From NCBI GenBank assembly GCA_963783655.1, contig CAWAOA010000005.1, positions 95,331 to 159,330 on the forward strand: a stretch of 64,000 nucleotides of DNA, read 5' to 3'. The position numbers and the translations under genes were made by a program. Shown piece after piece: positions 23,755 through 31,850 of the stretch (its first letter is position 1; each line of letters opens with the position of its first letter). Under the pieces are notes generated by a model. That model did no database searches. It was not told where the DNA came from and saw nothing but the letters and a program-made list of their open reading frames with translations. Source of the DNA: an uncultured Chloroflexia bacterium. GTDB lineage: Bacteria > Chloroflexota > Anaerolineae > CG2-30-64-16.

Positions 23755-24784
23755 GTGCCAGGATTGGATTACTATGCCGTGCTCGAGGTTCCGCCCGGGG
23801 CAAGCCCCGAAGCCATCCAGGCGGCTTACCGGCTTCTGTGCAAGAGGTATCATCCAGACACTCACCTGCCCAGCGCTTCGGCCGAGCGGATGGTGCTGCT
23901 CAACGAAGCCTACGGCGTGCTCTCGAACGGTGCACGCCGCCGTGAGTATGACGGCAGATATACACGCGAGCGCCGGAAGGCGCGCGCCACGCGGATTCGT
24001 GCGGTCGAGCGGGAGCTGGTGCTTGCGCCCGATCTGGCCATCCCGCTGGTGAGGGTCCCGGCCGGCGACTTCCTGATGGGCGGCGGCAACAGCGATCCGG
24101 CGCTCTGCCACAACTACCCGCTGTATCTGGACGAGTACTACATCGGCATGTTCCCGGTTACGGTGGCGCAGTACGGGGCATTTTCGCCGCGCAACCAGGC
24201 GCCCTGCCACGCCCTGGGCACGGCGAACGTACAGCATTGAGATGGACGACTTCGAGGATCTGGGGATGATCACCCGCCTGGACCGCAACTGGCGGCATCC
24301 GTTCGGCCGGGACGGGAGAGCCGCCCGCTACGACGAACCGGCGATGGTGATCACCTGGTACGATGCGGTGGATTTCTGCGCCTGGGCCGGCCGGTTGGCC
24401 GGGGCGAGGGTCCGCCTGCCCACAGCCGCGGAGTGGCAGAAGGCGGCACGCGGCGTAGACGGACGCCCTTTCCCCTGGGGAAAGGGCCCACTGCCCGGAC
24501 CGCACTACTGCAACAGCCTGCCCGAGCCCGACCGGTCGGCCCGTATCCCAGAGGGGATAACGACCCCGGTAGGCAGCTTCAGTCCGCTGGGCGACAGCCC
24601 TTGGGGCTGTTCCGATATGCTGGGGAACGTCTGGGAATGGACCAGCACGATGAGCCGGGATGACGAGGGGCGCCTGCTCTTCGGCCATCCATACCGGCCG
24701 GACGATGGTCGGGAGAACCCCAAGGGGCGTCACAGCCGCTTGCTGATGGGCGGGATCGTATCGCTCCAGCTACACGTGGGTTAG
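23755..24784 (+). CDS. DnaJ (J-domain) N-terminal fusion to a formylglycine-generating-enzyme (FGE)/SUMF1 domain; GTG start; one frameshift near 24240
   Basis: J domain [34 protein letters not shown] domain [13 protein letters not shown]...FPVTVAQY...WRHPFG...[18 protein letters not shown]...[14 protein letters not shown]...GNVWEWT. Confidence 0.7.
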
Positions 24785-24995
24785 CTGCGCAGCCGAGCGC
24801 GACCTGGACCCGATGCGGGCGCGAGACACCGGCTTCCGCATCGTCGTGGAGCCGTAGCGGTGATGATCGGCCTGTCACGCGAGCGAGCTCGCGTTGGCTT
24901 CGGAACTGTGGCTACACTACGCAGCACGCCCATCCCCGATACTGTCACACAAGCAGCGTACAACACCTCTCTCGTTCGCCGGTAGGAGGGCACCA

Positions 24996-25316
24996 ATGGG
25001 CAACTACGTTCTTCTGTACATCGGTGGAAGCGAACCTCAGGGTCAAGAAGAAGCGGCAAGCGTGATGCAGGCGTGGACCAGCTGGTTCACGAATCTCGGA
25101 GACAAGGTCGTGGATCCCGGCAATCCGTTCTCTGCGCAGGTCAAAAGCGTAAGCGGCGACCGGCAGGTGTCCGACGGCCCGATTGGCGCCAGGGCCACGG
25201 GATACTCGATCGTCAAGGCGGATTCGCTGGATACCGCAACCGACATCGCCAAGAACTGCCCCCACCTCCAGGCGGGCGGCGAGATCACCGTGTACGAGGT
25301 ATACGCGATTTCGTAA
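24996..25316 (+). CDS. YciI-like (DGPF-domain) small protein
   Basis: MGNYVLLYIGG...WTSWFTNLGDKVVDPGNPF...; GGAGGG SD 7 nt upstream. Confidence 0.65.
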   Translation: MGNYVLLYIGGSEPQGQEEAASVMQAWTSWFTNLGDKVVDPGNPFSAQVKSVSGDRQVSDGPIGARATGYSIVKADSLDTATDIAKNCPHLQAGGEITVYEVYAIS

Positions 25317-25348
25317 GGCGGGTCCCGCGGGACAACAGTAAAGGCGTC

Positions 25349-25397
25349 CGAAACGGGCAGCCCCACCATCTGCAGGGCTGCCCGTTTACGCGGCGTA
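25349..25397 (+). terminator. hairpin AAACGGGCAGCCC-loop-GGGCTGCCCGTTT downstream of the YciI-like gene
   Basis: 13-bp perfect stem. No long T-run. Confidence 0.35.
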
Positions 25398-25426
25398 TGC
25401 AAACGCTCCTCCGGGGATGACTGTAG

Positions 25427-25443
25427 GGGGCGGGTGACCCGCC
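25427..25443. repeat. GGGCGGG-TGA-CCCGCCC hairpin repeat; further copies at 35578-35594, 35807-35823 and 37303-37319
   Basis: Identical 17-19-nt stem-loop seen four times, each adjacent to MITE-like repeats. Confidence 0.7.
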
Positions 25444-25545
25444 CCGGGGCTCGCAATGCGACAAAATCACCGGGGCGCGGCGCGTGCGGGGCGCTGACGC
25501 GGCGCTCGGCACGTACGCCTTCGATGCGAGTTGGATGGGGCACGG

Positions 25546-25717
25546 GGCGTACTTCGACAGGCTCAGTATGGAGTAGTCAGTTGTAGGCAACGATGCGAAT
25601 GGTTCCGTCCATGGGCAGCGATGGAGCTCGGCACCCAAGTGCGGGGTTCCTGAACAGAACCATCTGCATCGTCGGTAACCCCTAACGCCTCCATCCTGAG
25701 CCTGTCGAAGGACGCCC
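25546..25717. repeat. MITE-like palindromic element of about 175 bp (copy A): terminal inverted repeats GGCGT(A/C)CTTCGA...CTCAG(T/G)ATGG and CCATCCTGAG...TCGAAGGACGCC around a palindromic core
   Basis: Shares the core GATGCGAATGGTTC(C/T)GTCC...GGCACCCAAGTGCGGGGTTCC...ACAGAACCAT with copies B, E and F. No coding capacity. Confidence 0.75.
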
Positions 25718-25784
25718 GGTGCAGCGCGACTCACTTCACCGCTAACCCTTGACAGAACCTCTCGCATTGTCGCATACAATCAAC

Positions 25785-25828
25785 AACTCCATCCTGACGT
25801 GCCGCAGGCCGTGTCGAAGGACGCCCCG
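25785..25828. repeat. solo right-arm fragment of the MITE-like element (CTCCATCCTGA...GTGTCGAAGGACGCC)
   Basis: Matches the right terminal inverted repeat only. Confidence 0.55.
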
Positions 25829-25972
25829 TCCACCAACCGGCTCTCATGCCCCCTATCCTCAAGCTTTCTCAGCCGATTCTCAGCCCCTTCATAGGTCCTC
25901 TTCAGGCGGCCGCTGTAAGGTTTGCCTGTAGAATCAAGGTGGCCTCTGGCCACCAATCCTGTGGAGGGTATG

Positions 25973-26691
25973 CAATGAATTCCAATTATCAGCAGAGCTT
26001 AGCTCTGTCCAAGCAGCGGCTGAGGAGCCGCGTCGCCGCCGTCGCCGGCACGGTGTTGCTGGCGGCCGGCATCGCGGCCTGCGCCCCGAGCGCCGCCTCG
26101 GGTCCGATCGCTTCGGCGCCCACCGGCGCTCCGGTTGCGGCTACGGCGGCTGCCGTCCAACCCGCAACCGCTGTTCAGGCAGCCACAAGTGCGCCTACCG
26201 CACGCCCGGCGGCTGTCGCCACTGCAACGGGCGCCGGCGCGGCGAGCACCGCGGCAAGCAGCCCGGCTTCTACGGCAGCCGCACCCACCACGCCGGTAGC
26301 TGCAGCGCAAGCCTCGACGGTAACCAAGCTCAATCTCAACACCGCTACTGCGGCCGAGTTCCTCAAGGTACCGGGCGTGGGCAACCAGATGCTGCGCGAG
26401 TTCCAGGAGTACAAACCATACACCAGCATCCTGCAGTTCCGGCGGGAGATCGGCAAGTATGTCGACGCACAAACGGTGGCCGCTTACGAGCAGTACGTGT
26501 ACGTGCCTATCTCGGTGGCGTCCGCCGATGCCGCCACACTGCAGCAGATCCCGGGCCTCGACGCAACGGAAGCGGCAGCGCTGATCGCGGGGCGCCCGTA
26601 TGCTTCCGGTGAGGCTTTCCTGAGCAAGCTGGCCGGATACGTGTCGCCGGCCGAGCTGGCCGCAGCCCGGTCGTACCTGGGCACCCCATGA
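25973..26691 (+). CDS. lipoprotein with an Ala/Thr-rich linker and tandem helix-hairpin-helix (ComEA-like) motifs
   Basis: Lipobox LLAAGIAAC; two copies of the LN.ATAAE(F)L..(I/V)PG(V/L) motif. Confidence 0.55.
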
Positions 26692-27179
26692 ACGCCGATC
26701 TGATTCTGGCGCGGCTGCGACGCTTCCTGCTGGGGCTGTCGGGTTTCCTGTTACTCGGGACGCTCGGCGAGCTGATCGCCATCCAGCACACCCAGGAGCC
26801 ACTGCAGCTCGTGCCCTTCGTGCTGTGCGGGCTGGGACTCGTGGCTGTGGCCGCAGCTCTCGCCCGCCCAGGGCGGCAGACGCTGATGGCGCTGCGTCTT
26901 CTGATGATCCCGCTGGCGCTGGGAAGCCTGCTGGGGGTCTGGGAGCACGTGCAGAGCAATATTGCCTTCTACCAGGAGGTACACGCAAGCGCCACGACGG
27001 CGCAGCTCATCGGGGCGGCGGTGGGTGGGCGAAACCCGCTTCTGGCGCCGGGCATGCTGGCACTGGCGGCGGCGCTGGCTGCAGCGGCAACCTACTACCA
27101 TCCGGTCCTGAGCCGCCAGACGGCTGCAGCCTATGAGAAGACAGGCAGTGTGCCTGTCAGGACCGGCCGGCGATCGTGA
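26688..27179 (+). CDS. hypothetical integral membrane protein (4 TM)
   Basis: Hydrophobic segments. ATGA overlap with the upstream gene. Confidence 0.4.
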   Translation: MNADLILARLRRFLLGLSGFLLLGTLGELIAIQHTQEPLQLVPFVLCGLGLVAVAAALARPGRQTLMALRLLMIPLALGSLLGVWEHVQSNIAFYQEVHASATTAQLIGAAVGGRNPLLAPGMLALAAALAAAATYYHPVLSRQTAAAYEKTGSVPVRTGRRS

Positions 27180-27445
27180 GTGATCCAACCGCGAGAGCGG
27201 GGCATGGCGGCAATGCCGCGGCCCATACCCTGTTCTCCCGTAGGATGCGGCCTCAGCCAACATCGAAGCATCCCGGAAGTCCGGCGCTTGCCGCTTCGGA
27301 AATGTAGGTCTCGTCGCCGTGCCGGCATGAGAGCCGTTGGAGACGGGGCGTTTGCGATTGAGGGGCACGGGCCGCAGTCCGGCCGGCAGGCCATCGAGGC
27401 ATGGGCATGGCAAGCTAACTGCATTGAAGGCTGCCGCACTGCCAC

Positions 27446-27626
27446 GGGCGTCCTTCGAGAACCTCAGGATGGATGCGCTAGTTATCAGCATCGATGCGAA
27501 TGGTTCCGTCCAGGGGTATCGGCAGAATGTGGCACACGAGCGCGGAGTCCCTCTGCATCACCACTCGCATCCTCGCAGACCACAAACTACTCCATCCTGA
27601 CTGGCCGCAGGCCGTGTCGAAGTACG
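27446..27626. repeat. MITE-like palindromic element, copy B
   Basis: GGGCGTCCTTCGAGAACCTCAGGATGG...CCATCCTGACTGGCCGCAGGCCGTGTCGAAGTACG. Confidence 0.7.
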
Positions 27627-27919
27627 AGCGTTACCCACTCGCGTGGCTGCTGCTGATCCCGCTCGCCGGTATCCCGCTGCTGTTGCGCCGCTCGCGGCCG
27701 GCGCGCCCGGTTTCCGCTCCTCAGGTGCACCGGCGGCCAGCCCAACCGGTCGCGCCCGATCGCCCCACGCGGCCGCCGCCACCAAGCGGCGCTGACGTGA
27801 CCCACGGAAGGGGCAAGTCGGGCAGGCCGAAGGCCGGGTGAAGTGTGGGCCGCGCAGGCAACGGGCACACAGCACCCGCCACCTGCCCACCCGCCGCGCC
27901 AGAGCGCCCCCGGCTGCGA

Positions 27920-28555
27920 TTACGGGGTAGCCGTCCCGTCAGGAACGAGCACGACGTCGAAGCGTCCCTCGCTCCTGCCTTCGGGATGGTAGAGATTGCT
28001 GAAGATCGCCCGGAAACCGGGTGCTGAGATCCGCATGTGGATGTGGTCGGTGGCCGGGCCCTCGAAGCTGTATTCCCCGGCGCCACCGGTGAACACCGTC
28101 GCCCGGTAGACGTCCGGGTGCCCGCCATCGACCTCGGGCCACAGCTCGACCTTTGCGTTGGGAATTGGACCGCATCCCTGCGAGGAGCGCACGCTGCCCC
28201 GCACGATGTGTCCCTGCCCGACCGACGAACGCACCGGCATGTCAGGTTTGTAAGTCGGCGAAGGTGGGTCTCCGAACGTGGGCGCACAATCCCGAGCCCG
28301 GATTGGCGGCCCGGCAGTCACAGACGGCGGTGCCGGAGCGGGCAGGACTGTTGCGGGCGGCGTGGCAGGTACACCCAGGGGAGCTGCGGCTCGAGACGGA
28401 GTCGCCGGGGGCAGTGACGGGGCAGCGCCAACCGTTGCCGGTCTCGTTTCGGGCGGCGCCGGTGACGGCGTGCAAGATGTGACGAGGGCAACCAGGATCG
28501 CCAATGCGATTGCGTCGACCGGCGTGCGGCGAAGGAGTGCTGATCTCGAGGACAT
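27920..28555 (-). CDS. small secreted protein with a carboxypeptidase-regulatory-like / intradiol-dioxygenase-like beta-sandwich domain; last gene of the cytochrome operon
   Basis: Signal anchor plus Pro-rich linker, then GHIVRGSVRSSQGCGPIPNAKVELWPEVDGG...YRATVFTGGAGEYSFEGP. Confidence 0.45.
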   Translation of the reverse strand: MSSRSALLRRTPVDAIALAILVALVTSCTPSPAPPETRPATVGAAPSLPPATPSRAAAPLGVPATPPATVLPAPAPPSVTAGPPIRARDCAPTFGDPPSPTYKPDMPVRSSVGQGHIVRGSVRSSQGCGPIPNAKVELWPEVDGGHPDVYRATVFTGGAGEYSFEGPATDHIHMRISAPGFRAIFSNLYHPEGRSEGRFDVVLVPDGTATP

Positions 28556-28702
28556 GCAAACGCCGGCCCGGCCAGGGCCGCGTGGGGAAGCGAAACGCAC
28601 AGGCGGCAGCGCGAAGAGCATGGGAGGATGATATCGTGCCGGAATGAGCGGTTATGTCCGGCTGCTTACGCCTCGATGCGGCGATTGTGCCGCCACCCGA
28701 CG

Positions 28703-30712
28703 CTATTCCGCTCCGTCCTCGCCGCCGGTCGCCGCCCCCGTTGGCTCGTCGCCATCGCCATCGCCGTCAGGTTCCTCGCGGGATCGTGGAGGCTGCCGGC
28801 GCCGGCGGGCCACGACGACCGCGCCCGTAGCGCACAGCCCAAAGGTCAGAAGGGAGAGTATCGCCGCCAATGGGCTGAAATCCATCACGCCCACGCTCGC
28901 CGCCAGCTCCTGCACCCTGGGCCAGACGCCGGGCTGCGGCTCGTAGAGCACAGGGAGCGCCCTTTGTGCGCCCATCATGCGGATGGCGGCTCCGTCCAGG
29001 GGAACAGGCAGCGGGCGGGCGATCCCCCGGCCCGCGAAGGCGCACATCTCACCGGCCTTCACGTTGACGTCCCCGCCGCTGGCCGATCCGATGCTGGCCT
29101 CTCCGGCCACCAGATAGAGCCAGGCGCTCTCGCCGGGGAGGTATTCGATCGCAAACGCGCCACCGCTGATCGATAGTGCGGCATCCGAGGTAATCACGGT
29201 GAGGGGAGTGTCGCCGCGGCCCCACAGCCAGCCGCGTTGGAGCCTGATCTGCGGGCCGCTGCCCGTGGCCAGAGTGCCCTCGGGTACGACCAGGCTGCCG
29301 GCGCCCCAAGGGATGGTGCGGGTGCCGGGCTTCGCTTCGAGCCGCACGTCGAGTGTCGCGCCTGGCCACGCGGGGACGACGCGGCTCCAATAGCCGGGTG
29401 CGCTAACGCCCAGAGTGCGACGGCCAGACGGCAATCCATAGACGGCGAATTCGCCTGAGAGGGGCGTTGCGGGGGAGATCGTATCGCCCCCGGCGCTGAC
29501 CCAGCCGAACGGCAGAGCCGCGCCCGTGCCGGCGCGGAGCGTACCGCGCACGGTCCCGCCCGTCGCCGGCACGAGACCTAGGGTGCCCGCATCAAACTGG
29601 CGGTCGTCAAGGGCGATGCGCTGCACGGCAGGCTGCGCGTTCAGCGCAGCCGCCTGGTCCCCATCGACGGCGAGCAGATAGTCCCCCATCGGTAGGCCGT
29701 CGAGTGTGAACCGGCCCCCGGCTGCGGAGCCGGTGAATGCGCGGCCATACGGCAGCTGGACGGCGCGAACGTCGATCGTTCCCGCGGGCGGTCCACCGTC
29801 GCGGACGACCGTGCCGGAGATCTGACCCAAATGAGCCACGACGGCAAGGTTTACCGGACCGGCGGAGGCCGCGCCCGGCGGCAGATCAATCTCAACCGGC
29901 GCGGCCGCCTGGTAGCGCACGCCGTCGATCTGGATTGGCGCGACATTGATTCTGTAACGGGTCGCCGCCCGAGACAGAGCCTCCAGCCGCAGGGTGGCGC
30001 GGCCCTGGCCATCGGTCAACGCCGTGAATTTGCGTGCGCGCCAGTCATAAACGCGTGTCGTGGCGTCTACGAGCAGCCCGCTCACGGTGCGTCCCGGCTG
30101 ATCTGCAATGCCGACCTGCACGGTAACGGTCGCGGTTCCTGCCTGGTCCAGGTAGATGCGGCGCTCGGCCGAAGCTTTCCGGCCCGTCGGTTCGATTGCC
30201 GTCACGCGCACCAGGGCTTCGCCCCGCGGGATTTCCACCGGCTCGTGGCCGTGGCAGCGAAAGCAATTCCCTTCGGGCGAGCCGAGCTCCGCTGTGCCGT
30301 AGGCGTTGGTCAGCGCCCTGAAGAAGAACCGGCCGTCCGCCTCTGGCGTGCCCGTCTCGCGGCCAACGGGCTTGCCATCCTGGAGCACCTCGAACTGGAC
30401 TTCCAGTTGGGCCGGATCGAAATCACTGCCGGTGACGTGACCGACGATCGGCACGGTCGTGCGCGGACCTACCAGTCCGGTGTAATAGGTCTCGCCTTCG
30501 CCCGGCCGGTCGATGACAACCTTAATCCCGGCCGGTTGGCCGGCTGCGGGCGTGGCCGTCTGCGCAGCCACGCCGAGTGGCAACGCAGCCGCAAACAGGA
30601 GACCCGCGAGCACAAGCCCGGCGCCGGGGCGACCGCGAAAGGCGCCGAGCGCCCCGGCCTTGCGGGCCAGAAGGCGCCGGCTCAGTGTGCCGAGGTCCGG
30701 CCGCCGGTTCAC
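28703..30712 (-). CDS. large (669 aa) secreted protein with repeated CarbopepD_reg-like beta-sandwich domains, one CXXCH heme-binding motif (NCFRCHGHEP), a C-terminal TM anchor and an acidic tail
   Basis: Signal peptide ...LLFAAALPLGVAAQ; motifs GxVxDxxGxPxxGxxV repeated; C-terminus LAAILSLLTFGLCATGAVVVARRRR plus EEPDGDGDGDE. ATGA-type overlap with the upstream cytochrome gene. Confidence 0.55.
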   Translation of the reverse strand: MNRRPDLGTLSRRLLARKAGALGAFRGRPGAGLVLAGLLFAAALPLGVAAQTATPAAGQPAGIKVVIDRPGEGETYYTGLVGPRTTVPIVGHVTGSDFDPAQLEVQFEVLQDGKPVGRETGTPEADGRFFFRALTNAYGTAELGSPEGNCFRCHGHEPVEIPRGEALVRVTAIEPTGRKASAERRIYLDQAGTATVTVQVGIADQPGRTVSGLLVDATTRVYDWRARKFTALTDGQGRATLRLEALSRAATRYRINVAPIQIDGVRYQAAAPVEIDLPPGAASAGPVNLAVVAHLGQISGTVVRDGGPPAGTIDVRAVQLPYGRAFTGSAAGGRFTLDGLPMGDYLLAVDGDQAAALNAQPAVQRIALDDRQFDAGTLGLVPATGGTVRGTLRAGTGAALPFGWVSAGGDTISPATPLSGEFAVYGLPSGRRTLGVSAPGYWSRVVPAWPGATLDVRLEAKPGTRTIPWGAGSLVVPEGTLATGSGPQIRLQRGWLWGRGDTPLTVITSDAALSISGGAFAIEYLPGESAWLYLVAGEASIGSASGGDVNVKAGEMCAFAGRGIARPLPVPLDGAAIRMMGAQRALPVLYEPQPGVWPRVQELAASVGVMDFSPLAAILSLLTFGLCATGAVVVARRRRQPPRSREEPDGDGDGDEPTGAATGGEDGAE

Positions 30713-31821
30713 GGCTTCTTCACGTCTGCCGGCAATCCGAAACCGTTGCCGGCGAAGTGGCAGCGGGCACAGTCAACAGCCCGTTGCACGTTGTGTGACA
30801 CGTAGGCGGCGTTCGTCTTGCGTCCCAGCAGCTCGGTCGCGCGCCAGGAGGTCCACTGGCCCGTTTCCTTTACTCTGCCGACCTGCAGCCCCCCCGCGTC
30901 GTGACAGGCTACGCAATCGACTTTGGCGTGCGCAGCGTCGTGCCCGGCAGGGGGGCTGGCGGCCGTCTTGATCGCGGCGTGGCAGTTGGCAGCGGTGCAG
31001 CTTGCCTGTGCCGAGTGGGGGTTGTGGCAGCTCGTGCAGGTGAAGTCCTTATGCGCCGGCGTGCCCAGCTCGCGGCGGTGGCGCAGGGTTTCCGTGTCCG
31101 TATGGCACTTCTCGCACTGCTCCGTAGAGCTCTTTATGGCCGTGTACTCGCCGGTGAGCGCGTCCCTCCAGGCCAGCTCTTTCGATACGCCGCCGTCCGG
31201 AGCCGGCCGGTGGCACTGCTCGCAGGGGATGCTCTTCCAGGAATTCTCAGGAACGAGTGGGTTGCCCTTGGCCTGGCGCACCACCGGGTCGGTGGGGAAT
31301 TTGCAGGAGACGCAGTTCGGCTGCGGGTCGATCTTCGCCGAGGACTCCCAGTTGCCCGGCGAGTGGCAGCGCGCGCAGTAGGTGTTTGGCCCCTTGCCCA
31401 ATCCGTAGGTGCTGCTGTGCGGCCCGGCCTGCCACGCGATCCCCGCTGCAACCTGGGACGCGGGCAGATTTTGCGGCAGCGTTGCCGTGGGAACGGGTGC
31501 GGGCGTGGCGAGCACGGGCATGGCCCCTGCGCCGCTGCCCGAAGCCGGGGCCGTGCCAGATGCCGCTGCGGCCGGTCGGGTGGCCGCCGGCGACGCCGCG
31601 GACGGCGCGGGCGCAGCCGTTGCGGTGGCGGGAGTCACTGCGGGCGCGGTAGTCGGGACGGCCGGCGCGGCGCCCGCCTGGGCCGCGGTCGGCATTGTGG
31701 GCGCGGCAGCCGGGACGGCCGGGGTCGCGCAGGCGGCCAGGAGCAGGCAGGCGAACGCGACACCCAACACGATGCGTACCCGGGACAGAGCAGTCACCGT
31801 GATTTGGGACGTATGCGGCAT
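30709..31821 (-). CDS. multiheme c-type cytochrome lipoprotein (about 7-8 heme motifs: CARCH, CEQCH, CEKCH, CTSCH, CX4CH, CVACH, CARCH, plus CVSCK)
   Basis: Lipobox signal MPHTSQ...VAFACLLLAACA, Ala/Pro/Thr linker, then dense CXXCH motifs. Confidence 0.8.
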   Translation of the reverse strand: MPHTSQITVTALSRVRIVLGVAFACLLLAACATPAVPAAAPTMPTAAQAGAAPAVPTTAPAVTPATATAAPAPSAASPAATRPAAAASGTAPASGSGAGAMPVLATPAPVPTATLPQNLPASQVAAGIAWQAGPHSSTYGLGKGPNTYCARCHSPGNWESSAKIDPQPNCVSCKFPTDPVVRQAKGNPLVPENSWKSIPCEQCHRPAPDGGVSKELAWRDALTGEYTAIKSSTEQCEKCHTDTETLRHRRELGTPAHKDFTCTSCHNPHSAQASCTAANCHAAIKTAASPPAGHDAAHAKVDCVACHDAGGLQVGRVKETGQWTSWRATELLGRKTNAAYVSHNVQRAVDCARCHFAGNGFGLPADVKKP

Positions 31822-31850
31822 GTGGGCTGCGGGTACCGGTCGGGAGTCTT

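Noticed and set aside
25540-25830. Recurrent peptide ILR(V/F)SKDA(P/R) in the six-frame ORFs (25285-25779, 48567-48839, 63490-63789 and others), suggesting a small protein family
   Set aside because: The peptide is simply the translation of the MITE terminal inverted repeat (ATCCTGAG..TCGAAGGACGCC). The ORFs have no consistent start or stop and differ in length between copies.
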